A DNA stretch of 59,520 nt, filler included. It is 8 parts of 8 records of this genome, joined end to end, with 100 filler letters (N's around TTAATTAATTAA, not from the genome) between each part and the next. Parts side by side here need not be neighbours in the genome. Positions count along the whole stretch, not along the records: positions 19,014 to 25,982 come from SRR31147125_75138; positions 26,083 to 36,987 come from SRR31147125_75280; 6 more parts are not named here. One strand, written 5' to 3'. The position numbers and the translations under genes were made by a program. Shown piece after piece: positions 19,342 to 28,508 of this stretch. The stretch's first letter is position 1; every line of letters begins with the position of its first letter. The notes beneath the pieces are model-generated. The model saw only the letters and a program-made list of their open reading frames with translations, was not told the DNA's origin and did not search any database.

Positions 19342-20481
19342 ATGGCTGTCATCAACGAACATATCATGGCCAAGCCCTTTGATAAGGCGGTTGAGTATTT
19401 CCGAAAGAAACTCAATATCCCGGCATCTCGGTGGGATGATCTTTGGAAAGAGCAACATGCCATGGGTTTTATGGTGGCCGGTGCTATGAAAGCTGAGTTG
19501 CTGGCTGACTTCAGAGAAGCGATCAATGCGGCTATCGTAAAAGGTGAGAGTCTGCAGGACTTCCGAAGCCGATTTGACGACATCGTTGATAAATACGGGT
19601 GGAACTACACAGGAAATCGAAATTGGCGCACCAAGGTGATTTACAACACCAATATGCGCACGGCTTACATGGCGGGGCGGTACAAACAGATGAAAGATCC
19701 GGATGTCACTGCATTGCGTCCATATTGGCAATACCGCCATGGAGATAGTCGAAACCCAAGACTTCAACATCTGGCTTGGCATGGCATGGTTTTGCGTCAC
19801 GATGATCCGTGGTGGGATACCCATTACCCACCAAGCGGGTTCGGGTGTCGATGCCGAGTCGTCACCATGAGCCAAAGAGATCTTGATAAACGCGGATTGA
19901 AGCCGGAAAAGGCACCCGATCTCGGAACCTATGAATGGACCGATAAAGACGGGAATGTCCATAAGATTCCAACAGGCATCGACCCGGGGTGGGACTACAA
20001 CGTCGGGCAGGCATCGGAACGGTCATTTAAGATTCTGGCAAATAAATTTGAGACCATGCCCAACGATGTCGCCAGGAAGTGGATGGGCGAATACATAGAC
20101 AGTCCGGTGTTCGAGCATTTTTTCAAAGAGCACGTTGTCAAAGAGTTCCCGGTGTCGGTCCTTAGAAAAGAGGATCAGGAAGTACTTGGGACATCCGCTC
20201 AAACGGTTTGGCTGTCAAAAGAAACCCTGGAAGAGCACAAAGAAAAACATCCGGAGATTTCCATTGAAGCTTATAGGCGGATTCCTGAGATCCTGGATGA
20301 GGGGGAGGTTTATAAAAGTGGTGATACCAGGCTCGTTTATATCAAGCTGGATGGAAAATGGTATCGGGCAATCCTGAAGAAAACTAAAGACGGCAGTGAG
20401 AATTATTTCTTGTCTCTGTTTACGACGGGAGCGCGGAAGACTGAACGCCAGGTAAGAGAGTCTCTAGAGAGAGTGAGGTGA
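19342..20481 (+). CDS. Mu gpF (MuF) head morphogenesis protein fused to PBECR2-like nuclease domain
   Basis: YNTNMRTAYMAGR, PYWQYRH, HLAWHG, WWDTHYPPSGFGCRC and GIDPGWDYNVG. The C-terminal ~110 aa read HKEKHPEIS.E.Y..IPEIL..G...YRAILKKTK..SE.YFLSL. Confidence 0.85.
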   Translation: MAVINEHIMAKPFDKAVEYFRKKLNIPASRWDDLWKEQHAMGFMVAGAMKAELLADFREAINAAIVKGESLQDFRSRFDDIVDKYGWNYTGNRNWRTKVIYNTNMRTAYMAGRYKQMKDPDVTALRPYWQYRHGDSRNPRLQHLAWHGMVLRHDDPWWDTHYPPSGFGCRCRVVTMSQRDLDKRGLKPEKAPDLGTYEWTDKDGNVHKIPTGIDPGWDYNVGQASERSFKILANKFETMPNDVARKWMGEYIDSPVFEHFFKEHVVKEFPVSVLRKEDQEVLGTSAQTVWLSKETLEEHKEKHPEISIEAYRRIPEILDEGEVYKSGDTRLVYIKLDGKWYRAILKKTKDGSENYFLSLFTTGARKTERQVRESLERVR

Positions 20482-20561
20482 GCAGGCGCAGGGTCAGCAG
20501 AATCCCTGCCGGCTCATCAGTGGCAATGCCAAAGGCCGGGTTAGCCGATTGACCACCTGCT
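20481..20561 (+). ncRNA. Putative structured RNA immediately downstream of MuF-PBECR2
   Basis: Nested stems AGCAGG/CCTGCT, GCAGGG/CCCTGC, CCGGCT/GGCCGG and TGGCA/TGCCA; possible pseudoknot GGTCAG/TTGACC; no U-tract. Confidence 0.4.
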
Positions 20562-20600
20562 TCGTAGTTCCAAAATTAACAAACAGAATGGATTTAGTCA

Positions 20601-21686
20601 ATGCATAAGATCCTACATCTAATAGCAAAAATCGACAAAGACGATTCAAAAGCCCCCTTATGGATGCTTCTTTTTAAAGCAGGACTGGGCAAGCTCAGCG
20701 ATGGGGTTGAGTTCCTCATCGACAAACAGGCATTTGATCTGATCACGGCATTTGTCGCGGCTCGTGGAAATGAGGTTCACTTCGACTATGAGCACGCTTC
20801 CCTTGAAAAAGAGGCAGCCCCGGCTTCCGGTTGGATTAAGGACCTTATTTGGGAAGATGGGGTAGGGATCAAAGCAAAAGTTGAATGGACGGAAAAAGCC
20901 GCTCAATTCATTGCCAATAAAGAGTATCGCTATTTTTCTCCGGTTTTTTACATACGAAAAGCGGATAAGCGTGTTTGTGGCCTGGATAGTGTCGCATTGA
21001 CCAACCGTCCACGGACAACGAATCTAACTCCAATTCTGGCACGGATTGAGGCCGATGCAGGATTGATAGCGTCTCCGAATGGAGACAGGGAGAACATTAT
21101 GGATAGAGATGAACTGATTGCAAAATTGGGACTCAAGGCCGATGCCACGGACGAAGAGATCTGGGAGGCGCTTGGAACCATTGGGGTCAAAGCAAAGCAA
21201 GAGGTAAAGACCGAAGTTGAAACAAAAACCGAAAAGGTTGAGGTGCTTCCTCAAGAGGTGATTGCCGCTTTGGGACTTGAAAAGGATTCGGATAGATCCG
21301 TTGTCGTTGCCTCAATCCACGCATTGAAGCAACACCAGGATCATAGCGTATCTCGAGAAGAGTTTACAGCCCTTCAGAACCAGTTGAAAGAGAGGGATGC
21401 AGCTGAGGCCGTCTCTGCTGCCATTGCAGCCGGGAAGGTTGCTCCGGCCCAGGAAGAGTGGGCGACTGAATATGCCAAGAGAGATCTTGAAGGATTTAAT
21501 GTCTTTGTCTCAAAAGCTCCGGTAGTGGTTCCGGTTGGAGATCTTCCTGGAAAACAGCAACAGAATGATGGCGGCGATTCAGGATCAAATGGAAAACTGA
21601 CGGATGAGGATCTTCAAGTCGCCGCTATGATGGGTAACAGTGAAGAGGATCTAAAAAAATATGGATTGGAGGTAAATAATGGCTGA
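20601..21686 (+). CDS. Mu gpI-like head maturation protease with in-frame scaffold (gpZ-like)
   Basis: FDYEH, APASGWI, VEWT, YRYFSPVF and VALTNRP motifs. Internal RBS (GGGAG) plus an in-frame ATG at 21099. Confidence 0.9.
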   Translation: MHKILHLIAKIDKDDSKAPLWMLLFKAGLGKLSDGVEFLIDKQAFDLITAFVAARGNEVHFDYEHASLEKEAAPASGWIKDLIWEDGVGIKAKVEWTEKAAQFIANKEYRYFSPVFYIRKADKRVCGLDSVALTNRPRTTNLTPILARIEADAGLIASPNGDRENIMDRDELIAKLGLKADATDEEIWEALGTIGVKAKQEVKTEVETKTEKVEVLPQEVIAALGLEKDSDRSVVVASIHALKQHQDHSVSREEFTALQNQLKERDAAEAVSAAIAAGKVAPAQEEWATEYAKRDLEGFNVFVSKAPVVVPVGDLPGKQQQNDGGDSGSNGKLTDEDLQVAAMMGNSEEDLKKYGLEVNNG

Positions 21687-22074
21687 TCGAAACACAGCAT
21701 ACAAAGATGGTGAATTGGTCGGATTCTCAGTGAAAGCGAGCACTACCATAGATGCAGGGAAAATGGTGGCTTTGGATGCTACCGGCTATGCTGTCCCGGC
21801 ATCAGATGCCGCAGGGTTGACCGTTGTAGGGATGTCTGATGATGCTGTCGATAATTCAACCGGATCCAGCGGAGACGAAACGGTAATGGTGAGAAGGAAG
21901 AAGGCTTTCCTTTTTAAAAATGACAGCACCAACGCTGTTGAACAGGCTGGCATGGGCAAGGACGTCTATGTCAAGGATGCAGCCACCGTTGATAACAATG
22001 GCGGTACAAACAGCATCGTGGCCGGTAAATGCATCGGAATCGAAACCGCCGGTGTTTGGGTGGAAATTCAATAG
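21679..22074 (+). CDS. Head decoration / cement-like protein
   Basis: Located between protease and capsid; G.MVALDA.GYAVPA, VDNS.G..GD..V.V and GVWV motifs. Confidence 0.65.
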   Translation: MADRNTAYKDGELVGFSVKASTTIDAGKMVALDATGYAVPASDAAGLTVVGMSDDAVDNSTGSSGDETVMVRRKKAFLFKNDSTNAVEQAGMGKDVYVKDAATVDNNGGTNSIVAGKCIGIETAGVWVEIQ

Positions 22075-22086
22075 GGAGAATGATCA

Positions 22087-23004
22087 ATGCTTGTAAATAA
22101 ATCGATACTTTCGGCGGTTTTCACCAACCTGAAAACCACCTTTCATAAAGCATTTTCCACTGCCGAAACCACATGGCAGAAATTCGCCATGAAGGTGCCC
22201 TCCGGAACCAAGCAAGAGGATTACACCTGGCTGTCCAACTTTCCCAAAATGCGTAAGTGGATTGGGGAAAAAGCGGTCAAATCACTGGCGGCGTTCAAAT
22301 ATTCCATCATCAACGAAGATTTCGAGGCCACCGTTGAGGTAGATCGAAACGACGTTGAGGATGACACCCTTGGAATTTACGGCCCCCAAGCCCAGATGGC
22401 GGGGGTTGCAGCTAAAGAATTTCCGGATGATCTGATTTACGATGTGGTCAACAATGCATTTGTCAATCAATGTTATGACGGGCAGTTCTTTTGCGATACA
22501 GACCATCCGGTTGGCCCGGAAGGTGCGATTGTCTCCGTAAGCAACAAAGGCTCGGCCCCTCTTTCCAATGCAAGCATCGCCGCTGCAAGGGCGTCGTTCG
22601 GAGCGGCATACACCGCCATGAGAAAATTTAAGGACGATGAAGGCAGAAGCCTCAATATCAAACCCTCCATCCTTCTGGTACCGCCGGATCTGGAAGAAAT
22701 CGCCACGTCATTGATGATTAGCGATAAGTTGGCGGATGATACCCCAAACCCATTTAAGGGGATGGCTAAAGTTGTCTCCGACGGAAGGCTGACATCTGCC
22801 ACCGCATGGTTCCTTCTCGATGTTTCCAGGCCGGTCAAACCGTTCATTTACCAGGAACGAAAAAAACCGGTGTTTGTGCAGCAGACCGATCCGCAGACGG
22901 ACGATGTTTTTAACCGAAAAAAATTCAAGTTTGGTGTGGAAGCACGTGGGGCTGCCGGATATGGATTTTGGCAGCTTTGCTACGGCTCCACCGGTGGGGG
23001 ATGA
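22087..23004 (+). CDS. Mu gpT-like major capsid protein
   Basis: WL..FPKMR.WIGE, FEATVEV.R.D.EDD.LG.Y, CYDGQFF.DTDHPV, WFLLD.SRPVKPFIYQER and GYGFWQL motifs. Confidence 0.95.
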   Translation: MLVNKSILSAVFTNLKTTFHKAFSTAETTWQKFAMKVPSGTKQEDYTWLSNFPKMRKWIGEKAVKSLAAFKYSIINEDFEATVEVDRNDVEDDTLGIYGPQAQMAGVAAKEFPDDLIYDVVNNAFVNQCYDGQFFCDTDHPVGPEGAIVSVSNKGSAPLSNASIAAARASFGAAYTAMRKFKDDEGRSLNIKPSILLVPPDLEEIATSLMISDKLADDTPNPFKGMAKVVSDGRLTSATAWFLLDVSRPVKPFIYQERKKPVFVQQTDPQTDDVFNRKKFKFGVEARGAAGYGFWQLCYGSTGGG

Positions 23005-23111
23005 TCTTGATTTGATCGGATAATCGCAGGGGATAACGCCCCTGCATTTATATTGACACTCCGTCAGCTAAAGCAGGCGGTCCCCTGCACCAACTTTTAT
23101 GGAGACGCACA

Positions 23112-23285
23112 ATGATAATCATAAGATCCAAACAAGAAGGTTTCCGGCGATGCGGTGTCGCCCACTCAAAAGAGCCCACCGAATATCCAAACAACAAATT
23201 TTCCAAGGATGAGCTCGAAATTCTCAAGGCAGAATCGATGCTGGTGGTCGAAGAGAAGAAAGCAGCTGCCAAAAAGGATGAGTGA
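23112..23285 (+). CDS. HI1506-related small Mu-like phage protein (57 aa, not in ORF track)
   Basis: MIIIRSKQEGFRRCGVAHSKEPTEY...LEILKAESMLVV; GGAG RBS; TGATG overlap with gp36. Confidence 0.75.
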   Translation: MIIIRSKQEGFRRCGVAHSKEPTEYPNNKFSKDELEILKAESMLVVEEKKAAAKKDE

Positions 23286-23710
23286 TGCCGTACTGCACCC
23301 GGATCGATATCGAGAACATGCTGGATGAGAATGAGTTGATCTCTCTTACCGATGATGCCGACACCGGTTCCGTAAATACCGATGTGGTCACCGCCGTAGT
23401 TGCCGATGCAGACGCAGTAATCGACACCTATTTGTCGGGGAAGTACTCGACTCCCATGGACCCGGTACCGGACATTATCAGAAAGTTGAGTGTCGATATC
23501 AGCATCTACACGCTTTTTACCCGTCGGGGCCGGGTCTCTGAGGCAATTACCCAGAGGTATAAGGACGCGATCTCGCTTCTCAGAGATGTTTCAAGAGGCA
23601 ATGCCGGAATTGTCGGCGCGTCCGACGCCCCACAAGAACGGAGCGATGATGTGGTGATCATTACAAGCAATACCCGAAGATTCACTCGGTCCACCATGGA
23701 GGATTTCTGA
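23285..23710 (+). CDS. Mu gp36-like head-tail connector (DUF1320)
   Basis: MPYCTR.D...EL..LTD, ADA.ID.YL...Y..P and RYKDAI.LL.DV..G motifs. Confidence 0.88.
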   Translation: MPYCTRIDIENMLDENELISLTDDADTGSVNTDVVTAVVADADAVIDTYLSGKYSTPMDPVPDIIRKLSVDISIYTLFTRRGRVSEAITQRYKDAISLLRDVSRGNAGIVGASDAPQERSDDVVIITSNTRRFTRSTMEDF

Positions 23711-24177
23711 TGGCGGGTGCAACTGTACTTTTCGAGCTTCAGGATGATGAGCTTAAAGAGCTGATTGCCCGTATGGGCGGAGCGGTTGAGGATATGAGCC
23801 CAATCATGAAGAGCTTTGGGGAGTACATGATCCTTGAGACCGGCGACCGATTCAAGAGGGAGGAAACGCCGGAAGGGAATAAGTGGGTACCTCTGAGCAC
23901 CGTCACCATTGAAATGAAGGATGCAAATAACGATATCGATAAAATTCTTCAGGCCCAGGGAAACCTTTTGCTTTCCATCGTACCGGAAGCCCTTAAGGAC
24001 GGCATCAAGATATCTTCAAACCGGATATATGCCGCCATTCATCAGTTCGGCGGAAATGCCGGAAGAGCGCACAAGGTTTCCATTCCGGCACGTCCGTTTT
24101 TAGGGTTCAATGACGACGATATCAAAGAGTTCTCCGAAACCATCAAAGATTGGATCCTTTTGGGTAAAAGACCATGA
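23710..24177 (+). CDS. Virion morphogenesis protein (Mu gpG / P2 gpS-like)
   Basis: RF..E..PEG.KW.PL and YAAIHQFGG.AGR...IPARPFLG motifs. Confidence 0.9.
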   Translation: MAGATVLFELQDDELKELIARMGGAVEDMSPIMKSFGEYMILETGDRFKREETPEGNKWVPLSTVTIEMKDANNDIDKILQAQGNLLLSIVPEALKDGIKISSNRIYAAIHQFGGNAGRAHKVSIPARPFLGFNDDDIKEFSETIKDWILLGKRP

Positions 24178-24593
24178 GAAATCTACTGCTGAAAATTCAG
24201 GAAAATCTCAAAGTAGTTGATAACGTCAGAGATCGGGATGTCTTTCTTTCTGTTGATCCGGGCATTATCCCGGAATGGGCAAAATTTCCCTGTATCGGCA
24301 TCAAAGACGGCAAGGTGGGCCGTAGCGATCTCGGTGGTGACGTTACTGAGCTCCATTTACCGATCGATATTCTGGTGTACGAAAGGCTGTTGAGAGATGA
24401 ACACGCCGTCTTGAGTCTTCTGGTAACCACCGAGAAGGTGCATTCTCTCTTGGTCGAGAACGATCTGGATGGCTATGTGAAGGATGTCTCTACAGGCGAT
24501 GAAAGCGCTATTCAAGTTTTGCATAGGAACGGCATGGATGCTCTGATATTGCGAAAAATCATATCATACGAATACGAAAGGGAGGTTGAGTGA
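24174..24593 (+). CDS. Putative tail completion/terminator protein
   Basis: Position, size and FPCIGI motif; overlapping start and stop. Confidence 0.55.
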   Translation: MRNLLLKIQENLKVVDNVRDRDVFLSVDPGIIPEWAKFPCIGIKDGKVGRSDLGGDVTELHLPIDILVYERLLRDEHAVLSLLVTTEKVHSLLVENDLDGYVKDVSTGDESAIQVLHRNGMDALILRKIISYEYEREVE

Positions 24594-24856
24594 TGGGATA
24601 CAGACTCAAACCTGAACAAGAAAGCTTTACTATAACGGACGGTCCCCTGGCAGGAACAAACTACGCCCAGGGCGTAGAATACCCCAAAATCCCGAAAGGC
24701 TTTGAGAATCGATTTGAGCCGGTCGAGAAAGAGAGCGTCGTGAGTCCATCTCGAAAGAAGCCGAAAGATGTTGTGACGCCCACAAGCATGGTGCCGCCCA
24801 AAGAGAACTCGGCAAAAAAAGCTGAAAAAACCGAAGAGAAAGGGAATGAATCATGA
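24590..24856 (+). CDS. Hypothetical phage protein
   Basis: GGAGG RBS, translationally coupled; Lys/Glu-rich tail. Confidence 0.6.
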   Translation: MMGYRLKPEQESFTITDGPLAGTNYAQGVEYPKIPKGFENRFEPVEKESVVSPSRKKPKDVVTPTSMVPPKENSAKKAEKTEEKGNES

Positions 24857-25982
24857 GATCGACACGCGCAAAACACAGCCTCATCGCGGTGTCCGCCTAT
24901 CAGATGGAGAGTGCCCTCAACACCTTCCAGGATCTGGATCTGGCCCTGCTGGCATCGGTGGGAGACATGATCGAGAGAGACACCCGTCGTGAGGACAACA
25001 AGGACGAGTTGACCGGCATGGAAGAGGCGGACATGATCTATGATCGTGGTCAGACCTCCAGCCTGACATTGAATTTTCCCAAGGCCCAGCCCCAGCATTT
25101 TGCGTTTTTGCTGGCCTATGCCCTGGGGAACATCACCTCCACGGCTGCCGGTACCGGATACCTCCATACCATCACGCCGCTGACCAACGATTTGGAGATT
25201 GGCCGGTCAAATCCCAGCTTCACCGCTGCTCAGCGTATTGGAAAGACCGTGGGAAAGGAACGGTGGGCCTCCATGTTCGTGGATGCCGTTACCGCCACCT
25301 TCAGCCGGGATGATTTTCTCAAGGTTGTGGGCACCTGCAAAGGCACCGGCAAGATGGAGAAGAGCATCACCGAAGAGACCGTATCGGCAGCGGAGAACGC
25401 CACTACCCTGACACTGGCCGCCAACGGGGTGGCCGGATCCACAGCCCAGGAACGGCTGGATTCCATTCATCAGGTGCTGGCTGAGCTGACATCCGGAGTT
25501 TGGACGGATGTGGACGTTACTGAGGTATCCGATGCCACACCGGCGGAACTCACCATCACGGCACCCGGAGCCGGAACGGACAGCAAGAGCTATAAAATAC
25601 TTTACGCACCGGCAGAGCTGGCATGGATGACATTTCCTGTCCGCGTTTCGGAAACCCCCATGGAGATCAGCCAGATGAACCTGATCCTGGGCGGTGCCTG
25701 GGACGGCAGTGCATTCCAGGGCGGGCGGACGCTGTCATCCGAGATCAACTCCATCGAGTACAAGCTGCAAAATGCCGGGAAGATCGAGTTCACACCCGGA
25801 TCGGACGGCGCATACGCCTCCAGCCATTTCCGGGAACAAAGAGAGCAGGCCCTCTCCCTCGATCGGGAGTTCCGGGATTACATCATTCAGAATTATCTGG
25901 ACACCAACGCGTATTTCGGAGCCGAGATCCTTGCCGAGGGTATGGAGTTCGACACCGGGCACAAGTACACGCTTCGGATGAT
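24853..25982 (+). CDS. Putative major tail tube protein, 3'-truncated
   Basis: Position after the head-tail connectors; LAYALG...GY.HTITP......PSFT pattern typical of tube proteins. Confidence 0.55.
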
Positions 25983-26082
25983 NNNNNNNNNNNNNNNNNN
26001 NNNNNNNNNNNNNNNNNNNNNNNNNNTTAATTAATTAANNNNNNNNNNNNNNNNNNNNNNNNNNNNNNNNNNNNNNNNNNNN
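25983..26082. other. Artificial contig linker
   Basis: N44-TTAATTAATTAA-N44. Confidence 0.99.
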
Positions 26083-26108
26083 AGGGTCTTTTTGTCAAAC
26101 AATTGATA

Positions 26109-26154
26109 GTCAGCACTAAAAGATGCTGATCCGGCAGCTGTCGGACAGCATGAC
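26109..26154. repeat. REP-like palindrome
   Basis: ATGCTG-A-TCCGGCA-GC-TGTCGGA-CAGCAT(GAC), downstream of nhaA. Confidence 0.55.
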
Positions 26155-26203
26155 GTGCTAATGCTAAATCTGACAGAATACGGATATTCATTTTTCTATC
26201 TTA

Positions 26204-27508
26204 TCAAGGCTTTTCTTTTACCGTTAATCTTATTGTGAAATACCCCAGCGTTCCGGCAATTAGCGAACCAAACAAAATTCCCATTTTAGCCGAATCAATT
26301 AATATTGCATCGGTAAACGCCAGTCCGTTTATAAACAACGACATGGTAAATCCCAGTCCTCCCAGAAACGATACCCCGGCCAGTTGTTTAAAGTTTACAT
26401 TTTTAGGTAATTCGGCAATGTTGAGTTTTATAGCCAGCCACGAGAAAGTAAAAATTCCAATAAAATTACCTACAATCATACTAATGGCAATGTTTGTGGA
26501 AAGTGCCAGGTTGGTATCGCCCGAAAAACTAAAAGCTACGCCAGCATTGGCAAAAGCGAAAACGGGCATAATTAAATACGATACCCATCCATGCAACGCA
26601 TGTTCGCTGTGCTGAAGAGGAGAAGTTGTGGTTTCTGTGAGATCTTCTAATTCGTCTATTATGTGTATTTGCTTTTTGGTTAGCACAGACTTTTCGCCTT
26701 CACCTTGAATTTTGCATTCGTGTAAGAAATCGTCTAAAAGTTGCTTTCCCCTGTTGAAAAACGAACGGGTATCGGTTTTCCTTCGTAACGGAATTGTTAA
26801 GGCCATTAGAACTCCGGCAATTGTTGCGTGTATTCCCGATTTTAGAAACAGTATCCATACAATTAACCCGGCTAAAAAGAACAAATATTTTGAGTAATAA
26901 TTTAACTTCGATATTATTGATAGCAAGACTACAATTCCAAGTCCAATAATTATGTTCGACCAAATTAAGTTCGAGCTGTAAAAGAAAGCGATTATTAACA
27001 CAGCACCAAGGTCGTCGATAATTGCAAATGCCATTAAAAACACCTTAATTCCCGTTGGAACTCTATTTCCTAATAGTGTTAATATTCCCAGCGAAAAAGC
27101 AATGTCTGCTGCCATTGGAATACCCCAACCTTCGCCACCGGCATTGCCCACATTTAATATAGTAAACAAGCTTGCCGGAATTACCATGCCGCCTACTGCT
27201 GCAAAAAATGGTAACGATGCTTTTCTAACATGACTTAGCTCCCCGGTTAGTATTTCTCGTTTTATTTCTAAGCCAATAAGAAAAAAGAATATTGCCATTA
27301 ATCCGTCGTTAATCCATTTGTAAATGGGTTTCGAAAGTTCAAAGGCTGGCAAAGTAACAGTGATGTAATTTTTCCAGAAACTCAAAAACTGTTCGCTTAA
27401 GGGGCTGTTGGCTAATATAAGAGCTGAAATTGTTGCGCCAAACAGAATGATACTACTCGATGTTTCGAGTTTTATGAATTTGTTGATTGGTTCTTTTATG
27501 AATTTCAT
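26204..27508 (-). CDS. nhaA: Na+/H+ antiporter NhaA
   Basis: WINDGLMAIFFFLIGLEIKRE, GWGIPMA.DIAF, AIIDDLG, SGIHATIAGV and GFTMSLFI motifs. Confidence 0.96.
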   Translation of the reverse strand: MKFIKEPINKFIKLETSSSIILFGATISALILANSPLSEQFLSFWKNYITVTLPAFELSKPIYKWINDGLMAIFFFLIGLEIKREILTGELSHVRKASLPFFAAVGGMVIPASLFTILNVGNAGGEGWGIPMAADIAFSLGILTLLGNRVPTGIKVFLMAFAIIDDLGAVLIIAFFYSSNLIWSNIIIGLGIVVLLSIISKLNYYSKYLFFLAGLIVWILFLKSGIHATIAGVLMALTIPLRRKTDTRSFFNRGKQLLDDFLHECKIQGEGEKSVLTKKQIHIIDELEDLTETTTSPLQHSEHALHGWVSYLIMPVFAFANAGVAFSFSGDTNLALSTNIAISMIVGNFIGIFTFSWLAIKLNIAELPKNVNFKQLAGVSFLGGLGFTMSLFINGLAFTDAILIDSAKMGILFGSLIAGTLGYFTIRLTVKEKP

Positions 27509-27609
27509 TGAAAAGGATTTTTGGTTTGAAAACGCTGAAAAGATACAATTTGTTTACCGCTAATTGTATAAAAATATCTAACACTATTGCCTAATTCAAA
27601 AAAATGTTT

Positions 27610-27634
27610 TAAATTTGATATCAAAATAATATCA
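27610..27634 (+). promoter_or_regulatory. Bacteroidota -7 promoter element overlapped by palindromic operator
   Basis: TAAATTTG (TAnnTTTG) at 27610-27617, perfect palindrome TTTGATATCAAA at 27614-27625 and a second half-site AATATCA. Confidence 0.6.
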
Positions 27635-27655
27635 TAATGCTAAAATTTTAATGTC

Positions 27656-28504
27656 ATGGAAAAACAATATTCAGGAATGTCAGGTTACTTGTTCCTATTT
27701 TTGGAACTGATTCTATTGGTCTTAATTGTTTTCGGATTTATGCGCGGAATGATTTTGCCATCAGTTATTTTAATCCCCGTATTTATTCTGATGGCAATCG
27801 GTTTTACGGTTGTAGATCCCAACCAAAGTTGCGTAATGATTCTTTTTGGTGCCTACAAAGGAACCATTAAAACAAATGGTTTTTATTGGGTGAATCCATT
27901 TTTTGTTCGCAAGAAAATCTCGCTTCGTGCACGCAACTTCGACAGCGAAACCATTAAAGTAAACGATAAATTGGGAAACCCGATTATGATTGGTTTAGTT
28001 TTGGTTTGGAAAGTATCTGAAACTTACAAAGCTGCTTTTGGAGTTGACGAATTCGAACATTTTGTTGTGGTACAAAGTGAAGCTGCGTTGCGTAAACTCG
28101 CAGGACTTTATCCATACGATAATATTGAAGATGAAAGTGCAAAAGTAACCTTGCGCGATGGCACTGAAGAGGTAAATGATGAATTGGAACGTGAAATTAT
28201 TGAACGATTAGATATTGCCGGAATAGAGGTAATTGAAGCTAGAATTAACCACATTGCTTATGCACAGGAAATTGCGCAAGCCATGTTGAAACGCCAGCAG
28301 GCAACGGCAATTGTTGCAGCCCGTTATAAAATTGTTGAGGGTGCTGTAAGTATGGTTGAAATGGCCCTGGAAGAATTAAACGACAAAAAAATCGTAGACT
28401 TCGATAATGAGAAGAAAGCTACTATGGTTAGTAACCTGATGGTAGTTCTGTGCGGCGACAAAGACGCAACTCCGGTGGTGAATACAGGCTCACTTTATCA
28501 ATAA
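27656..28504 (+). CDS. SPFH (band 7) domain membrane protein
   Basis: LFG.YKGT, KVND..GNPI, QSEAALR..A..YPYD, EIAQAML.RQQA and VSNLMVVLC motifs. Confidence 0.93.
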   Translation: MEKQYSGMSGYLFLFLELILLVLIVFGFMRGMILPSVILIPVFILMAIGFTVVDPNQSCVMILFGAYKGTIKTNGFYWVNPFFVRKKISLRARNFDSETIKVNDKLGNPIMIGLVLVWKVSETYKAAFGVDEFEHFVVVQSEAALRKLAGLYPYDNIEDESAKVTLRDGTEEVNDELEREIIERLDIAGIEVIEARINHIAYAQEIAQAMLKRQQATAIVAARYKIVEGAVSMVEMALEELNDKKIVDFDNEKKATMVSNLMVVLCGDKDATPVVNTGSLYQ

Positions 28505-28508
28505 AAAA

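Larger units (their letters stand above)
19014..25982 (+). mobile_element. Mu-like (transposable) prophage head and head-tail module
   Basis: Co-oriented portal C-terminus, gpF, gpI/Z, gpT, HI1506-like, gp36, gpG and tail genes. Confidence 0.9.

Noticed and set aside
13584-25982. One continuous prophage made of the portal/TAC region and the Mu-like module
   Set aside because: They are separated by a linker, differ in base composition and orientation, and each has its own portal type.
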